Assembly (NCBI GenBank): GCA_028868375.1 | Contig: JAGWUP010000009.1 | Span: forward strand, 32,538-96,537 | Source of the DNA: Elusimicrobiota bacterium | Lineage (GTDB): Bacteria; Elusimicrobiota; Elusimicrobia; UBA1565; UBA9628 | Reading direction: 5' to 3' | Length of the DNA stretch: 64,000 nt | In this document: in pieces, positions 49,038 through 57,917 of the stretch | Numbering within the stretch: the stretch's first letter is position 1 | How the letters are laid out: each line of letters begins with the position of its first letter | Notes under the pieces: model-generated | Databases searched by the model: none | Told to the model about the DNA's origin: nothing | The model's input: only the letters and a program-made list of their open reading frames with translations | Position numbers and translations under genes: made by a program

Positions 49038-49564
49038 GCGGCCCCCTTCTCGTCAACCGGGCGTATGAGCAGGCGGCCGGAGACGACCTTGACCGGGAAG
49101 CGGTCCAGCGGCCGCGGCGGAGGCCCGGAGAGCACCTTCCCCTCCCGGTCGAAGACCCCCGCGTGGCAGGGGCAGAGAAACTCCTGCTTGCCCTGGTCCC
49201 AGCGGTAGGGGCAGCCCAAATGCGTGCAGCGCGGATCGAAGGCGATGAAGCGCCCCCCTCCGAGATTCGACAGCCAGACCGAGGACCTCTTCTCGGTGAC
49301 GACCCAGGCGTCCCGCTTGCGGGCCACGTAGTCCACCTTGACCGGAGCGCCGGTCCTCAGCTCGGAGGCCCTGCCGACGTCGATCCAATTCTCATCCTCC
49401 TTCTCGAAGGCGGGAGAGACGAAATAAGACAGGCCGGCGGCTCCGAGGACCGAGGCGATCGTCCCCGCGAGGAGGGCCGCCGCGCCGGCCAAGAAGCCTC
49501 GGCGCGTGACCCCCTGCTCCTCCGCCTCCGATTCGCAGGGGCAGCGGCCCAGGCCCGTCGTCAT
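49034..49564 (-). CDS. Rieske iron-sulfur protein
   Basis: Tat TRRGFL, CTHLGC, CPCH, GPPPRPL. Confidence 0.95.
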   Translation of the reverse strand: MTTGLGRCPCESEAEEQGVTRRGFLAGAAALLAGTIASVLGAAGLSYFVSPAFEKEDENWIDVGRASELRTGAPVKVDYVARKRDAWVVTEKRSSVWLSNLGGGRFIAFDPRCTHLGCPYRWDQGKQEFLCPCHAGVFDREGKVLSGPPPRPLDRFPVKVVSGRLLIRPVDEKGAA

Positions 49565-49565
49565 C

Positions 49566-49943
49566 CTACTCGACGTCCTTCTTGACGGCCTTCCGGGATT
49601 CCGTCTTGGCGCCGAACGCCCTCAAATAGGCCACGACGTCCGCTATCTCCGCATCCTTGAGCTTTCCCTTGAACGCCGGCATGGTCTTCCTGCCCGCCTC
49701 GTTGCTCACACCCTCGGAAACGGCCGAGGCGAGCTTCTCATCGGAGAGTCCCTGAATCCTTGCCGAGCCCAGGTTGAGGTCCTCCAGCTTGGCCTTGAAC
49801 AGCCTGGCGATCCCCGGATTGCCCTTGCCGTCCTTGGCATGGCATGCGGAGCATTTGGCGAGGAACAGATTCCGACCTTCCGTCTTGGAGGCGGGAGCGG
49901 CGGCAGCGCAGACGGCCAACAACAGGATGACGATTGATTTCAT
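49566..49943 (-). CDS. Periplasmic monoheme class I cytochrome c
   Basis: Signal peptide, CSACH, TMPAF; AAGGAG RBS. Confidence 0.9.
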   Translation of the reverse strand: MKSIVILLLAVCAAAAPASKTEGRNLFLAKCSACHAKDGKGNPGIARLFKAKLEDLNLGSARIQGLSDEKLASAVSEGVSNEAGRKTMPAFKGKLKDAEIADVVAYLRAFGAKTESRKAVKKDVE

Positions 49944-49976
49944 TGCTTCTCCTTTAAGTCTAGCAAGTCTCGAATC

Positions 49977-51020
49977 TCAGGCCACCGCCTCTCGCGGCCG
50001 AGCGAAAGCGGCCGCCTTGTCTAGCTCCAGGGCGCAGCGGGAGGCCGCCTCCGAGACCAAGCTCTCGGCCGCGGCCTTGTCCTTCGCCTTGGCCTCGACG
50101 CTGCGGGCCACGACCTGCTTGAGGTCGTCCAGATCGTAGAGATACGCCCCGCTGACCGCAGCGCAGCCGGGATCGACGTTCCTGGGCATGCCCAGGTCGA
50201 TCAAGAAAAGCGGCCGCCTCCGGCGCGCGACGATGCCGCGCAGCATTTCGGCCTGCAGCAGCGCCGCCGGGCTGGCGGTGGAGAAGACGCCGACCTCGGC
50301 GCGGGCCAAAAGCTCCAGCCCCTCCGCAAACGTCATCGGCCGCCCCCCGATCCTGCGCGCCAGCTCCTCCGCCCGCTCCGGCGTCCGGTTGGCCACGCTG
50401 ATGTCCTTGAAATTCTTGACGGCCAAATGACGCGCCACGGCCTCCGCCGCCTCCCCCGCCCCGAAGACGACGATGGAGCCGTCGTCGCGCGAGCCGAAAA
50501 TCTGCCGCGCCAGCGCGGCCGCTGCCCCCCCGATCGAGGACACCCCGTTCTGGATGCCGGTGCGCGCGCGCGCCGACTTGCCGGCGGCCAGGGCGCTTTG
50601 AAAGCACCGGTTAAGCCAAGGCCCCGTCATTTTAGCCGCGCGAGCCGCCTCGTAGGCCCGCTTGACCTGCCCCAGCACCTCGGATTCGCCGATGATCCAG
50701 GAATCCAAGCCGGCGGCCACCCGGAAGAGATGCCCCAGCGCGGCATTGCCGAGCAGGCTGCCCAGGCTGCCCTCAAGCCCGGGTCCGCCGCGCCGCAAGA
50801 ACCATGCTCTCGCCCGACCGGCGGCTTGCCCGGCGCGCGGCGCAACTCCGTAGATCTCAAGCCGGCTGCAGGTCGACAGCAACACCAGCTCCGAAACCCC
50901 CAGCTCGCGGGCCAGCCCGGGCAATTGCGCCGCCACTTCAACCTCCGGCACGGAGGCCCGCTCCCGCTCCTTTAAGGGCGCCGACAAGTGGCTGAAGCCG
51001 ACCTTGAAGAGCTCGCTCAT
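49977..51020 (-). CDS. hemA: Glutamyl-tRNA reductase (short form)
   Basis: LSTCSRLEIY, HLFRVAAGLDS.IIGE.EVLGQVK, GAGE, NRT, DLGMPRNV. Confidence 0.9.
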   Translation of the reverse strand: MSELFKVGFSHLSAPLKERERASVPEVEVAAQLPGLARELGVSELVLLSTCSRLEIYGVAPRAGQAAGRARAWFLRRGGPGLEGSLGSLLGNAALGHLFRVAAGLDSWIIGESEVLGQVKRAYEAARAAKMTGPWLNRCFQSALAAGKSARARTGIQNGVSSIGGAAAALARQIFGSRDDGSIVVFGAGEAAEAVARHLAVKNFKDISVANRTPERAEELARRIGGRPMTFAEGLELLARAEVGVFSTASPAALLQAEMLRGIVARRRRPLFLIDLGMPRNVDPGCAAVSGAYLYDLDDLKQVVARSVEAKAKDKAAAESLVSEAASRCALELDKAAAFARPREAVA

Positions 51021-51049
51021 GTTCGGATTGTTCTTCGATTAAGCAACCA

Positions 51050-51065
51050 AGCAACGCTACGGCCA
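51050..51065 (-). promoter_or_regulatory. Sigma54-type element, TGGCCGTAGCGTTGCT, upstream of hemA
   Basis: GG-N10-GC about 30 nt upstream of the ATG. Confidence 0.8.
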
Positions 51066-51112
51066 AATCTCTAAAAAGCGAGGGAGAGCGCCGCGGCGCC
51101 CCCCTCGTCGGA

Positions 51113-53080
51113 TCAGAACTTCGCCGACAACGACAGCTCGCTGACGCCTATGCGGCCGTTCTGCGAGCCGTCCAGCTTATCGACCCACTGCTCCTCGTCG
51201 TAGGAGGCCCGGGCGCTGAGGTTCTTGTAGAGCTCGCGCGCCAGGGACACCGTCCAGTGCGTGATCCGGACCTCGGTGGGAGCCAGGTCCGAGAGATGGA
51301 CGCCGACGGAGGCCCCCGTGAAGTAGGGGTCGAAGGCCGTCACGAACCAGTGCGCGTTGGAGATCGTATACGACAGATTCGCGCGCGCCGTCAACTTCAG
51401 GGGCAAGCATGCCATGCCGTTGGCCGAGATGACATGGTTTTCGTAGTCGTAGCTGGAATCCGGGATGTGGATCAGGTTGACGACGTTGTTGCCGTTAAAC
51501 GCGACGTTGCTGGCTCCGAAGTAGGCGTCGATGGTGTCTTTGCCTCGCTCGTAGGCGTAGCCGCCTCCCAGGGAGGCCTTGCCGTCCTGGCGGGACCACT
51601 GCAGGTCGAAGAGCACCCGGTTGAGCCGCTGCTTGAAGTTGTTCGGCGAGCGGTCGCTGTCCTCGCCGATGCCGTCCCAGTTGGCGTTGAAGGCCAGCGT
51701 CTCCGCCAGGGGAACGTAGATCGCGACGGTCTCGTAGTGGCCGAGGGTCGGCGAGTTCTCGTAGGCGGCGCGGTTCGCGGTCAGGAAACGATAGCCCGCC
51801 GAGAGGCTGGCCCCGGCCGGCAGGTCGAAATCCGCCATCAACTCGACCTGATGCTTGGTGTCCTTCGTCTGCGGTCCGTAGAACTGCGTCTCGGCCGGCT
51901 GGAAGGTGCCGTCCTGGTAGAGGGCGTCGTCGCCGTAATCGCCCGGCCTCTGGTCGGCGTTGCGCCGATAATTGTACTCCGGCTTGTAGCCCAGGGAGAG
52001 GGCCACGTGCTCTATGCCGGTGTAGCGCGCCTTGACGTCGGCCCGCATCTGGTAGAAGTCGATGCGCGGGTCCGGCGGGCTGGCGTTGTCGAAGGCCGCG
52101 AAGCTGTTGTTGACCGCGGTGTTCATCACGTGGTCGTAGAGCCGCGCGGAGATCGAGAAGTCCTTGGCCGGCAAATACAGCGTCCCGAGGTTGCTGTCGA
52201 CGACTTTCACCTTGTAGCCGTTGGTCTCTCCGACTCGCTCGCGGTAATCCACACCGCCGGCCGCGTTGATGTCGGCCGTCAGCGGGAAGTGGAAGGCCGC
52301 CTGGTGTATGTCCGTGCGCTGCTCGGAGACCCAGCTTAAGTCGGCGGTCGGATAGCCGCTGAAGGTGCCCGCGATCTTCGAGTCCACTGAGCTCGGGGCC
52401 TTGTCCGCGAACTTGCGCGCCGTGTAGGTGTAGCTGACCTCGCCCTTGCCGACATCCGCCTGGGCGCCCACCGTCACGTCCCTGGTGAAGCGGTCGATCT
52501 GCTGGGAGGTCACGTCCTCCTTGGTCGCCCCGGTCGTGCCGTCATAGCCCAGGGGCTGGGTGCCCTTCTCCGTTTCCTGCCAGTAGCCGGCCAGCAGGCG
52601 CAGGGCCGGCATGCGCGGGCAGGACAGCCACAGGTCGGCGTTCTCCTCGGTCCTTTTGAAGAGAAGGTCCTCGCCGCCGTAGTCGACCTTGGTCTGCGTA
52701 TTAGGAGTCCACTGGCCGTCCTGGATGATGCCGTTGGTGACGATGGGTTGGCGATGGGTCAGGATGCCGAAGCTGGAGTCCAGGCCCAGATAGCCGCCGA
52801 CGTTGAGGTCAAGACGCCCGCTCTCGTTGGAGCTGCCGACGTCGTTGATCCCCAGGTCCAACAAGGCGTTGCCGAAGTCGGACTTCACCCAAGCGCTGCC
52901 CTCCAGCGGATTGTACAGGTTTCCGTCATACTCGCGGACGTTGCCCTGGAATCCCCTGCGATCCGCCGAGAAGAACTTAGCCTCGGCCCCCGCCGAGCCC
53001 TCCGCCGCACGCAGCGGCCAGGCCAACGCGAGCAGCATCCCTCCCAATCCGGCGGCTACCGCCGCCTTGATGAACCTCAT
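51113..53080 (-). CDS. MtrB/PioB-like large outer membrane beta-barrel
   Basis: Signal peptide, VREY motif near the N-terminus, about 655 aa of beta strands, C-terminal Phe; follows a decaheme cytochrome. Confidence 0.8.
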   Translation of the reverse strand: MRFIKAAVAAGLGGMLLALAWPLRAAEGSAGAEAKFFSADRRGFQGNVREYDGNLYNPLEGSAWVKSDFGNALLDLGINDVGSSNESGRLDLNVGGYLGLDSSFGILTHRQPIVTNGIIQDGQWTPNTQTKVDYGGEDLLFKRTEENADLWLSCPRMPALRLLAGYWQETEKGTQPLGYDGTTGATKEDVTSQQIDRFTRDVTVGAQADVGKGEVSYTYTARKFADKAPSSVDSKIAGTFSGYPTADLSWVSEQRTDIHQAAFHFPLTADINAAGGVDYRERVGETNGYKVKVVDSNLGTLYLPAKDFSISARLYDHVMNTAVNNSFAAFDNASPPDPRIDFYQMRADVKARYTGIEHVALSLGYKPEYNYRRNADQRPGDYGDDALYQDGTFQPAETQFYGPQTKDTKHQVELMADFDLPAGASLSAGYRFLTANRAAYENSPTLGHYETVAIYVPLAETLAFNANWDGIGEDSDRSPNNFKQRLNRVLFDLQWSRQDGKASLGGGYAYERGKDTIDAYFGASNVAFNGNNVVNLIHIPDSSYDYENHVISANGMACLPLKLTARANLSYTISNAHWFVTAFDPYFTGASVGVHLSDLAPTEVRITHWTVSLARELYKNLSARASYDEEQWVDKLDGSQNGRIGVSELSLSAKF

Positions 53081-53135
53081 GGCTTGCCTCCTTCTGTCGC
53101 TTCGTCCATACGCCTTGAGCGTTTCCATGGCGGCC

Positions 53136-54077
53136 TCAATGCGGAATGAACCGCATATGGCGGTCCGAGCCGTGGATCTCGCGGTGGCAGTTGACGCAGC
53201 GGCCGCGCTGCAGCAACAGGGCGCTGCTGGTGTATGCGTTGGCGTTATTAACGGTGCCGGTGTGCGGGAACTTGTGGCACTGCAGGCACAAGAACGGCAG
53301 CGCCTGCTTGAGCATGCGGTCGTTGATGCTGCCGTGCGGATCGTGGCAGTTGAGGCAGTTCTCGGTGACCGGCGGATGCTCGTAGGCGAACGGCCCCAGC
53401 TTCTCGGCGTGGCACTTGCCGCAGAGCTCCGGCACGCTGCCGGCCCGGATATTGCCGGACTCGCCCCCGTGCGGGTTGTGGCAGCTGGCACAGCTCATCT
53501 TGCCCTCCATCACGGGATGATGGGAGGGAAGGTTCATGCCCAGCTTCTTGGTCTTGTGGCACTTAAGGCAGGTCTCCGTCTCCGCCAGATACTCGTTGGA
53601 ATTCTCGACCTTCAGGTTGCGCGGGCCGTGGCCCTGATGGACGCTGTGGCAGGTCAGGCAGGAGAGGCCGTTGGCCGCATGCGGGCCGATGTTCCAATAC
53701 ATGACCTCCTGCTGCTTGTGGCAGTTGAGGCAGAACTTGCTCTGCTCGGCCGGCGGCAGCTTCAGGGGATCGATGATGGTGGCAAACCCCGGATTGCTCC
53801 TGTCTCCCGCGGCGGCCGCATGCAGGGAGCCGGGGCCGTGGCAGGTCTCGCAGCTCTTCTCGAAGTCGATGCCCTTGACCACCGGCAGGCGCTTTCCGTG
53901 CATCGACTGCTTGAACTGCTCCGCCTTGTCGGAATGGCAGGCGATGCAAGTCGAGGCGCCGACGTACGTCGGCTCGTCTACGGCGCGCGCCGCGCCGGCC
54001 AGGCAGAAGGCGAGCGCTCCCGCAAGCGCAGCCGTCCCCAGCCCCCTCATCCCCTCTCGGCCCGTCCTTGATCTCAT
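53136..54077 (-). CDS. MtrA/DmsE/MtoA-family decaheme cytochrome c
   Basis: YVG..TCIACH; 10 CxxCH; CHGPGSLH, PSHHP, GPFAYEHPPV, CH..IHGS. Confidence 0.92.
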   Translation of the reverse strand: MRSRTGREGMRGLGTAALAGALAFCLAGAARAVDEPTYVGASTCIACHSDKAEQFKQSMHGKRLPVVKGIDFEKSCETCHGPGSLHAAAAGDRSNPGFATIIDPLKLPPAEQSKFCLNCHKQQEVMYWNIGPHAANGLSCLTCHSVHQGHGPRNLKVENSNEYLAETETCLKCHKTKKLGMNLPSHHPVMEGKMSCASCHNPHGGESGNIRAGSVPELCGKCHAEKLGPFAYEHPPVTENCLNCHDPHGSINDRMLKQALPFLCLQCHKFPHTGTVNNANAYTSSALLLQRGRCVNCHREIHGSDRHMRFIPH

Positions 54078-54925
54078 CGCGCTTCTCCTTGCCAGGGATA
54101 TCGCCGCTGGCCTTTCCCGTCTTTTAAATTCTGCCCGTTGTCGGGATCGCGCCGCGATGACCGAAGTGCCGCGCGGTCTTGATAAAAGTCATCCGCGGCC
54201 GCGGGCAGGCAGGCCGCGGCGCGCAGCCGCCGTTGGTCGAGCACGCGGGCGACGCGCCCCTCGAGGGCGAGGATCCCGCCGCGCTCCAGTTGCGCCAGGG
54301 CGCGGCAGACGACCTCGGGAGCGGTCCCCAGGCGCTTGGCCAGCTGCTGGCGCGAGGCTCCCAGATCGGCCAGGCGCGAGCCGGGGGCGCGCTCCAATTC
54401 GCGGGCGATCAGCCTGGCCAAGCGCTCGCGCAGCGGGCGCAGGCCGAGCTCGGCGCAAAGATCCTGGACCTGCCCCAAGCGCTCGGCCAGACGGCGGGCC
54501 AGGGCGCGCACCAAGGCCGGCTCCCCCTCCCAGAGGCGGCGGAAGCGGGAGGCGTCGAGAAAGCAGATGCGCGAGTCCTCGGCGGCCTCGGCCGTGGCCT
54601 CGTAGGGCCGTCCCGCGATCAAGGCCCGCTCGCCCAAAACATCAGGCCCCGAGGCGAAGCGCACGATCTGCTGGCGGCCGCTGCCGGCGCTCTGCGACAA
54701 GGCGACTCGTCCGGAGCAGACGAAGTAGAGGCCCTGCGGCTCGTTGCCTTGGTAGAAGAGGATATCTCCGCGGCGGTAATCGTTGCCGCGCCAGCCCTGG
54801 CACAGCCTGTCCGCTGCCGTCCGCGGCAGGGCCAGCGAGGCGGGCCAGCGCAACAGGCCGCAGCGCCCGCGCATGCCCCTCATCCCGCAGGGACCACGAT
54901 CGCATTCATGCCAGCTTCGCGCCAT
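54074..54925 (-). CDS. Crp/Fnr-family regulator with N-terminal cysteines
   Basis: LFYQGNEPQGLYFV.SG, GE, SRQQLA..LGTAPEVVCR HTH; N-terminal CDRGPC...C. Confidence 0.85.
   Translation of the reverse strand: MARSWHECDRGPCGMRGMRGRCGLLRWPASLALPRTAADRLCQGWRGNDYRRGDILFYQGNEPQGLYFVCSGRVALSQSAGSGRQQIVRFASGPDVLGERALIAGRPYEATAEAAEDSRICFLDASRFRRLWEGEPALVRALARRLAERLGQVQDLCAELGLRPLRERLARLIARELERAPGSRLADLGASRQQLAKRLGTAPEVVCRALAQLERGGILALEGRVARVLDQRRLRAAACLPAAADDFYQDRAALRSSRRDPDNGQNLKDGKGQRRYPWQGEAR
54179..54192. promoter_or_regulatory. FNR-like box TTGATaaaaGTCAT upstream of the decaheme cytochrome gene
   Basis: 8/10 match to TTGAT-N4-ATCAA, about 100 bp upstream of ATG 54077, inside the crp 3' end. Confidence 0.5.
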
Positions 54926-54937
54926 TGAACGGCGCGA

Positions 54938-54968
54938 AGCAACACAATGGCCCGGCAGATTCGTTGCT
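54938..54968. promoter_or_regulatory. Back-to-back sigma54-type elements: minus GGGCCATTGTGTTGCT (crp) and plus CGGCAGATTCGTTGCT (radical SAM)
   Basis: Two GG-N10-GC elements fill the 54-bp divergent gap. Confidence 0.7.
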
Positions 54969-54979
54969 TTTAACCGATC

Positions 54980-55624
54980 ATGGCCGCGCGCGGCGAGCTC
55001 GCCTACCTTTATAAGGGGCGTCTCTACCTCAACCTGACCAATCGCTGCCCCACCGCCTGCCGCTTCTGCGCCAAGCACGCCTGGGACTGGAATTATCGGG
55101 GCTCACGGCTGCTGCTTGGGCGCGAGCCGACGGTCGGCGAGCTGCTGGACGCGGCGCGCTGCAGGCTGCCCGACGCCCCGTCGCGGGAAATTATTTTTTG
55201 CGGCTTCGGCGAGCCCACGGAGCGCCTGGCGACCTTGCTCGACCTCTCGGAGGCCCTGCGCAGCGGCCAGCCCGGCCTGTCGCTGCGCCTCAACACCGTG
55301 GGCCTGGGCACCCTCTCCAACCGCCGCGACATCGTCCCGGAGCTGGCGGCGGTCCTCGACTCGGTCTCGGTCAGCCTCAACACGGCCGACGCCGCTCAAT
55401 GGCGCTTCCTGCACCGCCCGCGCGCCAATCTCGCCGCGGCCGGGTTTTGCGCCGTCTGCGACTTCATCCGCGGCTGCGTCCAAGCGAAGCTGGAGACGAC
55501 GGTCACGGCCGTCGAGCAGCCCGGCGTCGACTTGGCGGCCGTGGCGGCGCTCTCCCGCCGCTTGGGGGCCGGCTTCCGCCTGCGCCCGCAGCTCGTCGAT
55601 CGCCCTCAGCGGGCCGGCTCGTAG
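54980..55624 (+). CDS. Short radical SAM protein (TatD-associated type)
   Basis: LYLNLTNRCPTACRFC, FCGFGEPT, RLNT.G. Confidence 0.85.
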   Translation: MAARGELAYLYKGRLYLNLTNRCPTACRFCAKHAWDWNYRGSRLLLGREPTVGELLDAARCRLPDAPSREIIFCGFGEPTERLATLLDLSEALRSGQPGLSLRLNTVGLGTLSNRRDIVPELAAVLDSVSVSLNTADAAQWRFLHRPRANLAAAGFCAVCDFIRGCVQAKLETTVTAVEQPGVDLAAVAALSRRLGAGFRLRPQLVDRPQRAGS

Positions 55625-56667
55625 AGGCAGCCCGGATCGGAGGCCAGGTAATCGCCCGTCATCGCGTGGGCGCGGGCGCGGGAGCCGGAGCAGACGACGC
55701 GGAACTCGCAGGCGCCGCATTTGCCCTTGAGCCGAGAGGGATCGCGCAGGGCCAAGAAAAGATCGGAGTCGCGGTAGACCTTCGCGATGGAGTCCGTGCG
55801 CACGTTGCCGGCCGCCAGCGGCAAGAAGCCGGAGGGGCAGATGTCGCCGCGGTAATCCACGAAAGCGAAGCCCTTGCCGGCGTTGACGGCCACCTTGGTG
55901 GCCGTCGCCCCTCCTCTAATGCCGGGGCCCTTGGCCGCGCCGGCCGCAAGCCCGCCATGCTGAGCCAAGTACCTGCGGTAATGCTGCCCCTCGGTCAGCT
56001 TGACGACGAAGCCGGCCCCCGCTTCAAGCTGGCGCAAGCGCTCGAAGGCGTCCTCGAACTCTTGGGGCGAGAGCCCGCCCAGCTCCACTCCGCGTCCGAC
56101 CGGAATCAGGAAGAAGACCTCCCAGAACACCACGCCCAGGCGGCAGACCAGCTCGATCATCGCCTCGAGGGCGTGGGCGTTGGAGCGAGAGAAGCAGGTG
56201 TTGATCTGCAGGGGCAGCCCCAGCTCACGCGCCCAGCCCGCCGCCTCCAGGGTGCGCTCGAAGGCTCCCGGCACCCCGCGCAGGCTGTCGTGCAGCGCCG
56301 CGTCCGGGCCGTCGAGGCTCAGGGCCAGCTGATCGAGGCCCAGATCGCGCAGGCCCTCCAGCCGGCGGCGCGTCAAATTCGGCGTGGCCGCCGGGATCGT
56401 GCCCATGCGCAGGCCTCGCTCCTTGCCGCGCGCCACCAAAACCTCCAGGTCGGGGCGATTGAAGGGGTCTCCACCGGAGAGGATCATGATCGGGGTGCCC
56501 ATCCCGGCCACCGCGTCGATGAGCCCGCGGCCCTCCTCGCTCGTCAACTCCTGCGGCGAGCGCCCCAGCTCGGCTGAGGCGCGGCAATGTCGGCAGGCCA
56601 GGGCGCAGGAGCGAGTCGTCTCCCAGATGACCAAGAGCGGCGCGACGCCGAAATCAGGCGCCTTCAT
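55606..56667 (-). CDS. Radical SAM/SPASM protein (NirJ/Ahb-like group)
   Basis: WETTRSCALACRHCRA, SGGDP, GKCGACEF..VCSGSRARA...DPGC. Confidence 0.85.
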   Translation of the reverse strand: MKAPDFGVAPLLVIWETTRSCALACRHCRASAELGRSPQELTSEEGRGLIDAVAGMGTPIMILSGGDPFNRPDLEVLVARGKERGLRMGTIPAATPNLTRRRLEGLRDLGLDQLALSLDGPDAALHDSLRGVPGAFERTLEAAGWARELGLPLQINTCFSRSNAHALEAMIELVCRLGVVFWEVFFLIPVGRGVELGGLSPQEFEDAFERLRQLEAGAGFVVKLTEGQHYRRYLAQHGGLAAGAAKGPGIRGGATATKVAVNAGKGFAFVDYRGDICPSGFLPLAAGNVRTDSIAKVYRDSDLFLALRDPSRLKGKCGACEFRVVCSGSRARAHAMTGDYLASDPGCLYEPAR

Positions 56668-57046
56668 GGCCCAGATTCGCCACGAGCGACCGGAGGATGT
56701 CCATCGCCGAGACGATGCCGACCAGCCGCCCCCCGCGCGTGACCAGCAGGCGGTGGATGCGGCGCTCGAGCATCACGCGCGCCACCTCCTCCGTGGGCGT
56801 GTCCTCCTCGCAGCAAACCGGCTTGTTGGTCATCACCGAGGCCACCGAGGCGCCGGCGGCCGGGCCGCCCTGCCCCTGGAAACGCGTCAGGTCGGTCTGG
56901 GAGACCACGCCCAACAGCCTCCCTTCCGCGTCGACGACCGGAGCGCCGCTGATGCGGCTCTCGCTCAGCAGCCGCGCCGCCTCCGAGATATCGGCATCGG
57001 GCGGCAGCGTGATCAGCTCGCGGCTCATGATGTCCTTGGCGTTCAT
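56654..57046 (-). CDS. CBS domain pair protein
   Basis: AKDIMS, GAPVVD..GRLLGVVS, RLVGIVS. Confidence 0.9.
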   Translation of the reverse strand: MNAKDIMSRELITLPPDADISEAARLLSESRISGAPVVDAEGRLLGVVSQTDLTRFQGQGGPAAGASVASVMTNKPVCCEEDTPTEEVARVMLERRIHRLLVTRGGRLVGIVSAMDILRSLVANLGHEGA

Positions 57047-57065
57047 GAAGGATTCGCCCTTATCT

Positions 57066-57098
57066 TGCAACAGGTCTGCCATCGGCCGGGTTGTTGCT
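57066..57098. promoter_or_regulatory. Back-to-back sigma54-type elements: minus TGGCAGACCTGTTGCA (CBS) and plus CGGCCGGGTTGTTGCT (USP)
   Basis: Two GG-N10-GC elements in the 64-bp divergent gap. Confidence 0.75.
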
Positions 57099-57110
57099 GC
57101 GGTTTTCATC

Positions 57111-57917
57111 ATGATGATCCACGTTCCCCCTCGACGGCTGCTGGTCGCCTATGATTTTTCGCGGCGCGCCGCCTTGGCCTGGCGCGCCGCCCTGGCCTTG
57201 GGGCGGCTGTGGGGCTGCGGGGTGGAGGCCCTGCACGTCGTCGATCCGATGGAATCTCCCGGACGCGCCCCGCTGACTCTCGCGCCATCGAGGCGCGGCC
57301 TGCTGCGCCGCCGCCTGGAACAAGCCATCCCGGGCGCTTCCTCCTATTTCATCGCCCTGGGCGACCCTGCCTTCTGCATCCTCGAGCACGCCCGCTGGCG
57401 CCGCCCGGACTTGATCGTGCTGCCCTACGAGGGCAGGCGCGGCGTCGCTCGGCTGCTGAAAGCCTCGGTCGCCGAGATCGTCGCCGGGCAGGCCTGCGCC
57501 CCGGTCCTTGTCTTGAAAGGCTGCCCCCGACGAGTGCGCTCGGTCCTCTTTCCGATCCTCGCCGCGGACGCCGAGCATTCCGCGCTGCGCCAGGCGGCGG
57601 GGATCGCGGCGGCCCTATCGGCCCACATGACGGTGATGCGCGTGCGGCGCGCGCCTTGGCCGCGGCCAAGGGCGCTCTCGAAGCTGGAAAGCGTCCTGGA
57701 GACGCTGGACCCGGCCGTCCGAGCCGTCGTCAAGCCGGACATGCGACTGGCCGCCGGCAGCCCGGCGCGGCGCCTTGCCGAGGAGTCCGGGCGCCATGAC
57801 CTGCTCGTGCTGCCCCTGGCGCCTGGCCGCGCCGGCTCTCAAGCGCTGCGGCTCTCCGAAGCGCGCCGTCTCATGCGCCTCTCTCGGGCCGCGGTGCTTA
57901 CCTTGCCTTCTGAGTGA
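57111..57917 (+). CDS. Tandem universal stress protein (divergent)
   Basis: LLVAYDFS, GDPA..I, DLIVL, SVAE.V....PVLVL. Confidence 0.75.
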   Translation: MMIHVPPRRLLVAYDFSRRAALAWRAALALGRLWGCGVEALHVVDPMESPGRAPLTLAPSRRGLLRRRLEQAIPGASSYFIALGDPAFCILEHARWRRPDLIVLPYEGRRGVARLLKASVAEIVAGQACAPVLVLKGCPRRVRSVLFPILAADAEHSALRQAAGIAAALSAHMTVMRVRRAPWPRPRALSKLESVLETLDPAVRAVVKPDMRLAAGSPARRLAEESGRHDLLVLPLAPGRAGSQALRLSEARRLMRLSRAAVLTLPSE

